A stretch of 47,562 nucleotides of DNA, taken from positions 1-47,562 of the forward strand of contig CALVKE010000011.1 in the NCBI GenBank assembly GCA_944332535.1, given 5' to 3'. This stretch comes from an uncultured Bacilli bacterium (GTDB taxonomy: Bacteria; Bacillota_I; Bacilli_A; RF39; UBA660). The translations under genes and the position numbers were made by a program. The stretch's first letter is position 1. The number at the start of each line of letters is the position of its first letter. Below are positions 1-8,087 of the stretch, in pieces. The notes under the pieces were generated by a model, which made no database searches, was not told the origin of the DNA, and saw nothing but the letters and a program-made list of their open reading frames with translations.

Positions 1-384
1 CATTTGATGAGGAAATGTCATCTTCGAAAAGGAAAGAGCATAATTAGAGCGAGCCTTCAATTCAGGATCCAGTCCATAACTACCACCAATCAAAAATGTA
101 ATCGAAGAAAATTGCATTTGCCATGAATCTAGTTTCGAAGCAAATTCAACCGAAGAAGACTCTTTTCCTTCAATTTCTAAAGTTACTAGGAAATCTTTTT
201 CCGTAATCCACTTTTCGATTCGTTCTTTTTCCTTTCGAAGAGCCGTTCTTTCTTCTAAAAGCCCTTCATCTGCGACTTCGATCAGTTCTATTTTTGTATA
301 CTTGGATAAACGACGTAAATACTCTTGGACGGCCATTTTCCAATAATCTTCTTTTAATTTTCCAACACAAATCACACGAATCAT
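1..384 (-). CDS. rlmH: 23S rRNA (pseudouridine1915-N3)-methyltransferase RlmH, N-terminal 128 codons (C-terminus runs off the left edge)
   Basis: Not in the ORF track because it is truncated. The reverse complement from the ATG at 382-384 reads MIRVICVGKLKEDYWKMAVQEYLRRLSKYTKIELIEV...ITFLIGGSYGLDPELKARSNYALSFSKMTFPHQM and stays open to position 1. The N-terminus is RlmH/SPOUT-like, and the gene follows yycJ as in Bacillus. Confidence 0.85.
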   Translation of the reverse strand, partial: MIRVICVGKLKEDYWKMAVQEYLRRLSKYTKIELIEVADEGLLEERTALRKEKERIEKWITEKDFLVTLEIEGKESSSVEFASKLDSWQMQFSSITFLIGGSYGLDPELKARSNYALSFSKMTFPHQM

Positions 385-386
385 AG

Positions 387-1148
387 CTACACCTCAAGTA
401 GTTCTAACGGATCATCTTGTCTCGCAATGAAAATCTTTCCTTCAAAACAAACCGCATTCAATCTTTCTTTTGCTTCTTTCATTGCCAAATCCTCCGTATT
501 ATTCTTCTCACTTAAATGAGCAAGGACAATATAACGAGTATCTTCTCCTACTAACATCGATAAATACTTAGCCGCCATTTTGTTCGATAAATGACCAGAA
601 TCCGATAAAATTCGTTGTTTTAAGGAAAAAGGATAAGGTCCTTCCATCAACATTTGCTCATCATGATTACTTTCTAAAATATAAATGCTTTTATTTTTTA
701 TTCGTTTTAAATAGCGTTGATTAATATAACCGGTATCCGTAATATAGACCAAACTACTACCATCACTTTGCATCAAAAATCCAACAGAACAAGATGTATC
801 ATGAGAAGTATGAATCAAATCAACCGTCAAATCCACAAAGTCCTCATGCTCTTCAATATATTCCAAGTATTCTTCTCCGACAATTTCTAACATTTCTTCT
901 TTCATAGAAAGAGGAATAGAAGCTTTTAAACCGGTTTTTTTCAAAAAAGTTTTAAGCCCTTTTACGTGATCCGAATGAACATGGGTAATAAATACTTTAT
1001 CAATATCAGTAGGTCTTAATTGCAATAAATCTAATTCTTTTACCAAGTAAGAATAGGAAACCCCAACATCGATTAAAAATCGAAGTTGGGAACACACAAC
1101 AAGCGTGCAGTTTCCTTTAGAACCACTAGCAATTACTTTTACTTTCAT
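387..1148 (-). CDS. yycJ: MBL-fold metallo-hydrolase, YycJ/WalJ-like
   Basis: The 253-aa ORF begins MKVKVIASGSKGNCTLV and carries a metallo-beta-lactamase HxHxDH motif (ITHVHSDHVKGL). Its ATG overlaps the upstream stop (TAATG at 1148). The position before rlmH matches Bacillus synteny. Confidence 0.8.
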   Translation of the reverse strand: MKVKVIASGSKGNCTLVVCSQLRFLIDVGVSYSYLVKELDLLQLRPTDIDKVFITHVHSDHVKGLKTFLKKTGLKASIPLSMKEEMLEIVGEEYLEYIEEHEDFVDLTVDLIHTSHDTSCSVGFLMQSDGSSLVYITDTGYINQRYLKRIKNKSIYILESNHDEQMLMEGPYPFSLKQRILSDSGHLSNKMAAKYLSMLVGEDTRYIVLAHLSEKNNTEDLAMKEAKERLNAVCFEGKIFIARQDDPLELLEV

Positions 1149-2692
1149 TATCGGTACACCGTTTTAAATGGATTTAGCGGAACTCCGCCACGATAAGGCA
1201 TACCATTATAAATAGCAAAGTGTAAATGTACTCCCGTTGCAAATCCACTCTCTCCCATTAAACCAATAACATCTCCCGCATAAACCGTAGCACCTACTGC
1301 TTTATAACGAGTCGCCATATGAGCATACATCGTATAATATCCGTTCGAATGCTTAATCGTAATATAGTTACCATTCGTACTAGTATATCCAGACTGTACA
1401 ACTACTCCATTGTTTGCTGCTTTAATTGGAGAACCATATCCACATCCACCAATATCGATTCCTTCATGTAGTTTTCCCCAACGCCAACCAAAAGGACTAT
1501 TGATCGTATATGGTACCGCTGTTGGCCAAACCCAACTACCAATCGATACAGGAACTTCTTGATTCCAATCGGTAGAAGATGAGTATTGACGAGTTCCACG
1601 AATAACAATTCGATCGACACTCGGTTTAATCTTTTCTTCGCTCGTCGTTGCAGTAGCAACAATTTCTCCATTGACTTTCTTTCGGATAACAGACACAACG
1701 GAAAGCCCATCCTGTCCTTCTTGTTTTACCTTTTCATATCCAACATATTTAGTATTATCGTCCTCATACTTTGTCTCGTATTCAACTACCTTTTCCTCTA
1801 CGACAAAATCTTCTTCGGTAAGTCGAAACTGTGGATCCAAAATACCAATGGTTACCACCTGTCCTGGATAAAGCAAATCAGACGCCGAATTAAAATCCGA
1901 ATTAGCAATTAAAAACTCTTCTGTTGAAATCTTATTATTGAAGGCAATATCTTCGATGGTATCTCCTTCTTGAACAACGTATTGTTCTTGTTCTTGATCC
2001 GTTCCAAATAGTAGAAACTGACTAAGAGAATCAACATCCGTATAAATTTTCTCTCCGGCTGGAATTCTCTCTTGCGTAATCGTCTTCTTATTTTCAATGT
2101 AGAGATTTTCAATGGTTTTTCCTGTATAAACAATTTCTTCTTGTGTTCCATTTAAATAGTTCTCATAATCTTCTTCATCCACAAATACTTTAATTGTTCT
2201 CTCCATTGCTTCATATAAAACATCTTTATCTAATACATAGAAAACAACGTCTTCTCCCTGAACCGTTCCTTCCTCTGTTTCCTCTTCTACTCCGCCAATA
2301 AATACTTTGTATCCGTTAATCGTAAATGCTTCCGGTCCTTTCATCTCTTTAATTTTTTGATAAATCTCTTCTGTCGTAGAAAGCTTTTCATTAAACGTAT
2401 ACTCTTTTACAATATCCAAATCATTCGGAGCATATACTTTATCTACATTATATTTCTCTTTAATTTCATTTTGTTCTTTATCAATATAGGTTTCCAATTC
2501 CTCTTTCGAAGAAACAATACCGATCGATTTTCCTTCTAGATAAACACGATAAACCATATCTGCTTGATCTACTCGAGCAATATCCATCGCTAACAAATTA
2601 GCATCTTCCTCGTTTCGCAGCACCGGAATAAATACGAGAGCAAAACTAAATAAGAAAGCTACAAATATCGATAAAATCGTTTTACTATTCAT
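1148..2692 (-). CDS. Secreted or anchored M23 peptidase with LysM and G5-like modules
   Basis: 514 aa with an N-terminal TM/signal (ILSIFVAFLFSFALVFIPV). A LysM-like segment reads YVVQEGDTIEDIAFNNKIS...LYPGQVVTIG. A G5-like segment reads YEKVKQEGQDGLSVVSVIRKKVNGEIV...IVIRGT. The C-terminal M23 motifs are HEGIDIGG and GVHLHFAIY. Confidence 0.8.
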   Translation of the reverse strand: MNSKTILSIFVAFLFSFALVFIPVLRNEEDANLLAMDIARVDQADMVYRVYLEGKSIGIVSSKEELETYIDKEQNEIKEKYNVDKVYAPNDLDIVKEYTFNEKLSTTEEIYQKIKEMKGPEAFTINGYKVFIGGVEEETEEGTVQGEDVVFYVLDKDVLYEAMERTIKVFVDEEDYENYLNGTQEEIVYTGKTIENLYIENKKTITQERIPAGEKIYTDVDSLSQFLLFGTDQEQEQYVVQEGDTIEDIAFNNKISTEEFLIANSDFNSASDLLYPGQVVTIGILDPQFRLTEEDFVVEEKVVEYETKYEDDNTKYVGYEKVKQEGQDGLSVVSVIRKKVNGEIVATATTSEEKIKPSVDRIVIRGTRQYSSSTDWNQEVPVSIGSWVWPTAVPYTINSPFGWRWGKLHEGIDIGGCGYGSPIKAANNGVVVQSGYTSTNGNYITIKHSNGYYTMYAHMATRYKAVGATVYAGDVIGLMGESGFATGVHLHFAIYNGMPYRGGVPLNPFKTVYR

Positions 2693-2695
2693 TTT

Positions 2696-4054
2696 CTACT
2701 CCTCTTTTCCTTTTTCTTCTTTTCGATAACTTAAAAAGGTTGACGTATCTCTTTTAAATAACAATTCAATCGTCGCTGTTGGACCATTACGATGTTTTCC
2801 AATAATCAATTCACTAATACTAGTATTACTATCCGTTCTAGCTTCTTTATTATAATAATCATCTCGATATAGGAAAGCAACAATATCAGCATCTTGTTCA
2901 ATGGAACCAGATTCCCTCAAATCACTCATAATCGGACGTTTATCTTCCCGACCTTCTACTGCACGAGATAACTGAGCAAGAGCAATGACAGGGATTTTTA
3001 ACTCCATCGCCATCGTCTTTAAACTACGAGAAATATCCGATACTTCTTGTTGCCGGTTGGTACCATATTTGCCACCGCCAGAAATAAGTTGCAAGTAGTC
3101 GATAATAACGACTCCTAACCCCTCTTCACTACTAGCTAAACGACGACATTTACTACGAATCTCGCCAATCGTGACACCAGGAGTATCATCAATATAAATT
3201 TTCGTATCTTGAAGACGACTAATTGCCTCATTGACACGCTTCCAGTCATTATTTAGCAAATTCCCCGTACGAAGTTTATACCCTTCTATCTGTCCTTGAG
3301 ATGATAACATACGTAAAGCCAACTGTTCTGCACCCATTTCTAAGTTGAAAAGAGCTACCGCTTTATCCGTATTCATCGCAATATGCGTTGCAATATTTAA
3401 AGCAAAAGCTGTTTTCCCCATTGCTGGACGAGCCGCTAAAATAATAAATTCATTTTCATGAAAACCAGAAGTCAGTTTATCTAAATCATAAAATCCACTT
3501 GGTAATCCGGTAATTTCTCCTTTCGTTGCAGCTAACTTTTCCAAGTCATTCTGCGTTTTATATAATACATCTTTAATTCCTCGAAATTCCGAAGAACGAC
3601 GATTCTTAACGATCGAGAAAAACTTTTTCTCTGCTTCGTCTAACGTCTCGTTCACATCGCCATCACTTTCGTATCCGAGCGTAGTAACTTCCGTAGAAGT
3701 TTCAATCAATTGCCGAAGAATCGCTTTTTCTTCTACAATTTTAATATAATAATCAATGTTCGCAGCCGTTGGAACCAAATCTAAAATTTCTGTTAAGTAT
3801 TCGATTCCCCCAACTAACATCAACCAATCTTTCTTTTTTAATTCGGCCGATACTGTTGCAATATCAACCGGAATTTTTTGATCGGCAAGTTCTTTCAACA
3901 CATGAAAAATTTTTGCGTGGGAGTCCAAGAAAAAGGAACTATCCGTCAACATTTCACATGCTTTAGAAAGAGCATATTTCGATAAAAACATCGACCCTAA
4001 AACAGATTGCTCTGCAAAGGTATCATTTGGTAACGTTCGAGCTGCCATCTTCAA
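2696..4054 (-). CDS. dnaB: Replicative DNA helicase (DnaB family; DnaC in B. subtilis naming)
   Basis: 452 aa. It has a Walker A motif (AARPAMGKTAF), the motifs IIDYLQLI and ALAQLSR, and a RecA-like C-terminal domain. The rplI-dnaB synteny is conserved. Confidence 0.95.
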   Translation of the reverse strand: MKMAARTLPNDTFAEQSVLGSMFLSKYALSKACEMLTDSSFFLDSHAKIFHVLKELADQKIPVDIATVSAELKKKDWLMLVGGIEYLTEILDLVPTAANIDYYIKIVEEKAILRQLIETSTEVTTLGYESDGDVNETLDEAEKKFFSIVKNRRSSEFRGIKDVLYKTQNDLEKLAATKGEITGLPSGFYDLDKLTSGFHENEFIILAARPAMGKTAFALNIATHIAMNTDKAVALFNLEMGAEQLALRMLSSQGQIEGYKLRTGNLLNNDWKRVNEAISRLQDTKIYIDDTPGVTIGEIRSKCRRLASSEEGLGVVIIDYLQLISGGGKYGTNRQQEVSDISRSLKTMAMELKIPVIALAQLSRAVEGREDKRPIMSDLRESGSIEQDADIVAFLYRDDYYNKEARTDSNTSISELIIGKHRNGPTATIELLFKRDTSTFLSYRKEEKGKEE

Positions 4055-4070
4055 CAGACCCCCTTTCTTT

Positions 4071-4511
4071 TTATTTTGTCAATTGCACTTTTAAAGTAGC
4101 CGTAATATCTTTATATAAACGTACGGTAACACGATGAAATCCCAAACTAGACAAATTATGATCTAGTTCGATTTGCTTTTTATCGATTGTAATTTCTTTC
4201 TTAGCAAGAGCTTCTTTAATTTGTTTAGGACTAACGCTACCAAATACTCGGTCCCCTTCTCCTACCTTTACTTGGAAAAGCAAACTCATTTTTTCTAATG
4301 TTGCTTTTTGCTCTTGTGCGATTTTACGAAACTCCATATCTTGTTTGCGTTCTTCTTCTTTTTGATGTTCATAATCAGCCATCGACTTTTCTGTTAATGG
4401 TTTGGCATATCCATTTTTAATCAAATAATTTTTTCCATACCCATCTTTTACTTCTTTGATGTCTCCGACTTTTCCTTGTCCGCGCAAATCTTTTACAAAA
4501 ATGATTTTCAT
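4071..4511 (-). CDS. rplI: 50S ribosomal protein L9
   Basis: 146 aa, starting MKIIFVKDLRGQGKVGDIKEVKDGYGKNYLI, a typical L9 N-terminus. There is an ATGA overlap with the upstream DHH gene. Confidence 0.95.
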   Translation of the reverse strand: MKIIFVKDLRGQGKVGDIKEVKDGYGKNYLIKNGYAKPLTEKSMADYEHQKEEERKQDMEFRKIAQEQKATLEKMSLLFQVKVGEGDRVFGSVSPKQIKEALAKKEITIDKKQIELDHNLSSLGFHRVTVRLYKDITATLKVQLTK

Positions 4512-5479
4512 TCTATCTCCCCCAATACTTTTTTTAATTCCGTCTCTACTTCCTTAATACTTTTTCCTTCTATCCGACAAGCCGCATCGTGACGGTCTCC
4601 TCCGCCACCTAGAATCGATAAAATCTCTCCAACATCTACATTTCCGATGCTACGAGCACTAATTCCAACGATATTATCGGATAACTTTCCAATTACGTAA
4701 GAAGTCTCAATATGATTAAATTCCAATAAAGTATCTGCAATCATTGCTAACTCCTCACGGCGATAGATAATCCGATTGCTTCCCTTTGCAAAGGCAATTG
4801 TTCTTTGAAGAATTTCGGTATCGGTAATCACCTTTTGTCTTAATATGTATTCTTCTAAATCTTGTTTCAGCAAATTATTAACAAAACTAACATCCGCTCC
4901 ACTTTCTATTAAGTGATAAGCCGCATAATGGGTTTTACTACTCGTTTTCATCGAAAACTCATTCGTATCTAGTGTAATTCCAGCTAATAAAAAACTAGCA
5001 TAAGTTGGTGGAATTGTTTTCCCAAAGTAATAAAAAAATTCGGTAACAATTTCACTAGCAGAACTACTTTCGTTTAAAATAAGGGAATTTTCACTGACTA
5101 TCGTATCTTCTCCTCTGGCGTGATGGTCAAAAATAATAGTTTCTGGAAAAAAAGAGACAATTTCACAATCTTGTAACAAACTCTTTTTATTCGTATCTAC
5201 TACGAATAACAAACTTCGTGCGTAAAGAGAAGGAGAAATTAACTTTGACGTAGTAAATGCTACATCTTTCGCAGTTGCCAACATCTTCTCTACTCCTGCT
5301 TCGTGATTTTCATCATTTACGATAATATACGCATCTTTTCCACAAGATTTGACAAAGTAATAAATTCCCAAGGCACTTCCAATAGCATCTAAATCTAAAT
5401 CTTTATGCCCCATAATAAAAACGGTGGGATATTTCTTGATTTTTTGATAAATACGACGAAACATTCTTTTTTTATTCAT
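4508..5479 (-). CDS. DHH/DHHA1 phosphoesterase (stand-alone catalytic module at the GdpP/YybT locus)
   Basis: Motifs seen are GHKDLDLDAIGS, VVDTNK, DHHARGE and GGGGDRHDAA (DHHA1). I moved the start from the track's 5506 to the ATG at 5479 (MNKKRMF...), which has an SD cacGGAGGAACTATG. The longer start would sit on the predicted -10/TSS. Confidence 0.8.
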   Translation of the reverse strand: MNKKRMFRRIYQKIKKYPTVFIMGHKDLDLDAIGSALGIYYFVKSCGKDAYIIVNDENHEAGVEKMLATAKDVAFTTSKLISPSLYARSLLFVVDTNKKSLLQDCEIVSFFPETIIFDHHARGEDTIVSENSLILNESSSASEIVTEFFYYFGKTIPPTYASFLLAGITLDTNEFSMKTSSKTHYAAYHLIESGADVSFVNNLLKQDLEEYILRQKVITDTEILQRTIAFAKGSNRIIYRREELAMIADTLLEFNHIETSYVIGKLSDNIVGISARSIGNVDVGEILSILGGGGDRHDAACRIEGKSIKEVETELKKVLGEIE

Positions 5480-5508
5480 AGTTCCTCCGTGTAGAAACCC
5501 CCACATTA

Positions 5509-5537
5509 ATTATACTACAAAATAACAGGAGTTGCAA
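5509..5537 (-). promoter_or_regulatory. SigA-type promoter for the DHH-rplI-dnaB unit
   Basis: The minus strand reads TTGCAA-17 nt-TATAAT (-35 at 5532-5537, -10 at 5509-5514), placed just after the rpsR terminator. Confidence 0.6.
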
Positions 5538-5560
5538 AATATTATACTACGAAAACAGCA

Positions 5561-5589
5561 AAAGAAAAAGACGAAATCTATTTTCCGTC
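5561..5589 (-). terminator. Rho-independent terminator after rpsR
   Basis: The minus strand reads GACGGAAA-ATAGA-TTTCGTC (one bulged C) followed by TTTTTCTTT, immediately 3' of the rpsR stop. Confidence 0.6.
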
Positions 5590-5593
5590 TTCT

Positions 5594-5809
5594 TTATTTC
5601 GTATATGGTAATAGCGCAATAGCTCTTGCACGTTTTACTTGTTCTGCAATATGTCTTTGATGTTTTGCACATGCTCCGGTTACTCTTCTAGGTAAAATTT
5701 TTCCTTTTTCATTAACGTATTTCTTTAAAATATCTACATCTTTATAATCGATATTTTTACCGGCACACATATAGCAAATCTTTTTCTTTTTACGATAAAA
5801 TTCTGCCAC
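5594..5809 (-). CDS. rpsR: 30S ribosomal protein S18
   Basis: 71 aa. The segment [32 protein letters not shown] is characteristic of S18, and the rpsF-ssb-rpsR order is conserved. Confidence 0.95.
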   Translation of the reverse strand: MAEFYRKKKKICYMCAGKNIDYKDVDILKKYVNEKGKILPRRVTGACAKHQRHIAEQVKRARAIALLPYTK

Positions 5810-5824
5810 TATAATCCCTCCTTT

Positions 5825-6310
5825 TTAGAATGGTAATTCATCATCACTAATTTCAATATTTGCACCAAAATCACGGAATGGATCACTACTTACATCAGTA
5901 GTTGTATCTTGAGAACTAGTAGATGAGAAGTCATAAGGAGTAGCACTATCTTGGAAAGCTGGTTGAGCAAAATTATCTCCACCATCTCTACTTCCGGCAC
6001 GATCTAAAAATTGCACATTATCTGCAACAACTTCTGTCACGTAACGTTTCGTTCCATCTTGTGCATCATAAGTACGAGTCTGAATACGACCATCGATCGC
6101 TACTTGACTTCCTTTCGTCAAATAATTCTTCACGTTCTCCGCTTGTTTTCTCCATACGACAATATTGATAAAATCCGCTTCTCTTTCTCCATTTTGATTA
6201 GTAAAATTTCGATTTACAGCAAGAGAAAAAGTTGCAGATGGGATATTCGCACTCGTATAACGAAGCTCTGGATCCCTTGTTAATCTTCCAATTAAAAATA
6301 CTTTATTCAT
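5825..6310 (-). CDS. ssb: Single-stranded DNA-binding protein
   Basis: 161 aa. It has an OB-fold N-terminus (MNKVFLIGRLTRDPELRYT), a disordered tail and an acidic tip DDELPF. Confidence 0.95.
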   Translation of the reverse strand: MNKVFLIGRLTRDPELRYTSANIPSATFSLAVNRNFTNQNGEREADFINIVVWRKQAENVKNYLTKGSQVAIDGRIQTRTYDAQDGTKRYVTEVVADNVQFLDRAGSRDGGDNFAQPAFQDSATPYDFSSTSSQDTTTDVSSDPFRDFGANIEISDDELPF

Positions 6311-6322
6311 AATATACCTCTT

Positions 6323-6613
6323 TTAGTTATCGATACGAACAATTAAATGACGAATAACGTCTTCACTGATTAATGCTAAACGATCGAATTCCTTAATAGC
6401 AGCATCTGTCGTAGCTTCTACCGTAATTAAGAAGTAATAACCCTTATGATACTTTTTAATTTCATAAGCTAAATCTCTTTGTCCCATTTCTTTCATTTCA
6501 AGAACTTTTGCTTGAGCATCAGAAAGAATAGCACTCATCTTATTAGCTACTTCCTTGATGTTAGCTTCTTCTAAATCAGGTCTTACAATAAACATAATCT
6601 CATATTTTCTCAT
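6323..6613 (-). CDS. rpsF: 30S ribosomal protein S6
   Basis: 96 aa, starting MRKYEIMFIVRPDLEE, a typical S6 N-terminus, with SD AAAGGAGGTG. Confidence 0.95.
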   Translation of the reverse strand: MRKYEIMFIVRPDLEEANIKEVANKMSAILSDAQAKVLEMKEMGQRDLAYEIKKYHKGYYFLITVEATTDAAIKEFDRLALISEDVIRHLIVRIDN

Positions 6614-6677
6614 TCTAACACCTCCTTTTGGACATATGGCCTAATTAGGCAAGGAGTATTAACTAATACTCGCTAGT
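6614..6677 (-). promoter_or_regulatory. Structured rpsF 5' leader (candidate S6:S18-responsive leader)
   Basis: The roughly 60-nt leader has a perfect 8-bp hairpin GAGTATTA-GT-TAATACTC (6654-6671) and a second small palindrome GCCTAATTAGGC next to the SD. S6:S18-binding rpsF leaders are known in Firmicutes, but I cannot verify the consensus here. Confidence 0.35.
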
Positions 6678-6706
6678 AGTATAACAAAAAAAGAAAAGAA
6701 AAGCAA
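6678..6706 (-). promoter_or_regulatory. SigA-type promoter of rpsF-ssb-rpsR
   Basis: The minus strand reads TTGCTT-17 nt-TATACT with an extended -10 TG (TGTTATACT). The -35 is at 6701-6706 and the -10 at 6678-6683. Confidence 0.65.
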
Positions 6707-6762
6707 GAAGTTTCCAAACTTTTTCTCGCTTCTAAAAGGTTCATCCTCTTTTAATACTAAAC

Positions 6763-6909
6763 TTAAATTCCTTGACGTATCACTTGGCGTTTCGTTTCTG
6801 ACAACGTCACATTAATAAATGCGTAAGTTACACTTAAAAAGATCACAAAAACACTGGTAATAAATATCGCTATCTTTGCAATCCCTTCTTTTTTCTTGCC
6901 CTGCTTCAT
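6763..6909 (-). CDS. 48-aa single-pass membrane protein (below the ORF-track size cut-off)
   Basis: The translation is MKQGKKKEGIAKIAIFITSVFVIFLSVTYAFINVTLSETKRQVIRQGI. It has a strong SD (GAAGGGAG, 8 nt before the ATG) and its own TTGTCA-17-TATAAT promoter. Confidence 0.6.
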   Translation of the reverse strand: MKQGKKKEGIAKIAIFITSVFVIFLSVTYAFINVTLSETKRQVIRQGI

Positions 6910-6938
6910 GATAAATACTCCCTTCTACTATTACCCAA

Positions 6939-6967
6939 ATTATATTATTTATCAATATGTTTGACAA
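6939..6967 (-). promoter_or_regulatory. SigA-type promoter for the 48-aa ORF
   Basis: The minus strand reads TTGTCA (6962-6967)-17 nt-TATAAT (6939-6944). Confidence 0.6.
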
Positions 6968-7048
6968 TATTCATTTTACTTTAAAGTGTGATAGAAAAAA
7001 CCAATATATATATTCTTAATACACTACGTAGACTTGGAATAATTTAGA

Positions 7049-7080
7049 GAAAAAAAGTTTTCCACAAATCTGTGGAAAAC
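7049..7080 (-). terminator. Rho-independent terminator after the 140-aa gene
   Basis: A perfect 10-bp hairpin GTTTTCCACA-GATT-TGTGGAAAAC is followed by TTTTTTTC on the minus strand. Confidence 0.8.
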
Positions 7081-7081
7081 T

Positions 7082-7504
7082 CTATGAATTCTGTTTGTCG
7101 ATCGCATCAAAATCCAAAACGCTTGGAATGTTCTCATTGGTCGCAGCATTCACGGCAGGAGTCGGAGAAACACTCGTATTAGCGCCAGTTACATTAGATT
7201 CTGCAGTAGGTGGAACCGTATCCACCGTTGGAATCGTGTTTGGTGGCAGTGGAGACGATGGAATCGTCGATACCTCTGGATTTTCTGGAATCGTCGAAGT
7301 GTTAACATTAGATATATTAGCTTCCCCAACATTAGAAGAAGAAATAGAAACATCTGCTAACACGGCCTCTCTATTTTTCTTTTCCTGTTCTAATTGCTTT
7401 CTTTCAATTATGAAACCGATAATTGCCATGATAAAGATAATAGAAAGAACAACCACCACATAATAAATAGGACCATCTAAAAAATCTCGATAAAACCATA
7501 TCAT
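7082..7504 (-). CDS. Bitopic membrane protein with a Pro/Thr/Ser/Asn-rich low-complexity ectodomain
   Basis: There is a TM helix (IYYVVVVLSIIFIMAIIGFII), then a low-complexity stretch such as STIPENPEVSTIPSSPLPPNTIPTVDTVPPTAE. I moved the start to the ATG at 7504 (MIWFYRDF...) because the track's GTG at 7513 lies inside the SD GAGGGTG. Confidence 0.6.
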   Translation of the reverse strand: MIWFYRDFLDGPIYYVVVVLSIIFIMAIIGFIIERKQLEQEKKNREAVLADVSISSSNVGEANISNVNTSTIPENPEVSTIPSSPLPPNTIPTVDTVPPTAESNVTGANTSVSPTPAVNAATNENIPSVLDFDAIDKQNS

Positions 7505-7564
7505 TTTCTTCACCCTCTTTATTCTAATATCATTATACTAAAAGATAAAAAAATGTGCAACTCA

Positions 7565-8011
7565 TTAATCTGCTAAATCATCCACGTATCCATCACTTTC
7601 ATAATCCGAACACTTTAAATACGTTTGATATTGATAACTTTCTCCCTGATGTAAAATTTTGACATATCCGTTACAACCATCCGTATTTTCGAGATAATTT
7701 TTCTCTTTCAAGGTAGAAAAAGGAACAAATACACTATCTCCTTCTAATAATTGGCTATAATAATCTATCCGATACGCTTCTGCTGCCAATTGAGCATCTT
7801 TTATCAAATCTTGATATTTTTCCTTCCCACTCAAAGAAGAATCCGGAGTAGAACTAGGTTTTTCCTCTTCTTCTCCAAATTGAATAGAAGGTCCGTCTTT
7901 TTCTAAGCCTAATTTATAAGCATTTACACTTACTACTACAATACACAAAACAAAAATAACAACAAAGCCTAAGAAAACCCCAAGGCCCCATCCATGATTA
8001 TTTAATTTCAT
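7565..8011 (-). CDS. Bitopic membrane protein with a pilin-head-like Cys-bracketed C-terminal module
   Basis: 148 aa. The N-terminal anchor is GWGLGVFLGFVVIFVLCIVVV, followed by an acidic linker. The next segment, YQDLIKDAQLAAEAY...CNGYVKILHQGESYQYQTYLKCSDY, aligns by eye with residues about 41-123 of the 605-aa prepilin at 20992-22809. SD GGAGTG. Confidence 0.6.
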   Translation of the reverse strand: MKLNNHGWGLGVFLGFVVIFVLCIVVVSVNAYKLGLEKDGPSIQFGEEEEKPSSTPDSSLSGKEKYQDLIKDAQLAAEAYRIDYYSQLLEGDSVFVPFSTLKEKNYLENTDGCNGYVKILHQGESYQYQTYLKCSDYESDGYVDDLAD

Positions 8012-8060
8012 ACATCATCACTCCGATAACATCATTATACAGCAAGTTTATGAAAAATAA

Positions 8061-8085
8061 AAGAAAAAAAGAATGCTTAGCATCC
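8061..8085 (-). terminator. Rho-independent terminator after rpoC
   Basis: The minus strand reads GGATGC-TAA-GCATTC (one G:U pair) followed by TTTTTTTCTTTT. Confidence 0.6.
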
Positions 8086-8087
8086 TT

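Noticed and set aside
1402-2539. Nested and antisense ORFs from the track inside the M23 peptidase gene (1402-1710, 1586-1912, 1671-1871, 1909-2151, 2357-2539). The same kind of ORF occurs inside dnaB, ssb, rpoC, rpoB, clpC, dusB, ftsH, tilS and other genes.
   Set aside because: They lie wholly within, or antisense to, long ORFs with clear conserved motifs. Their translations are low-complexity or I/F/L/S-rich, as expected from out-of-frame reading of AT-rich DNA. None has an SD or promoter that I could see.
7095-7463. A 122-aa plus-strand ORF antisense to the 140-aa membrane-protein gene. Both strands are open over about 370 nt.
   Set aside because: The region encodes a repetitive P/T/S/N-rich segment whose complement happens to lack stop codons. 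The minus-strand frame has an SD, a TM anchor, a terminator and the same orientation as every other gene. The plus-strand frame has none of these.
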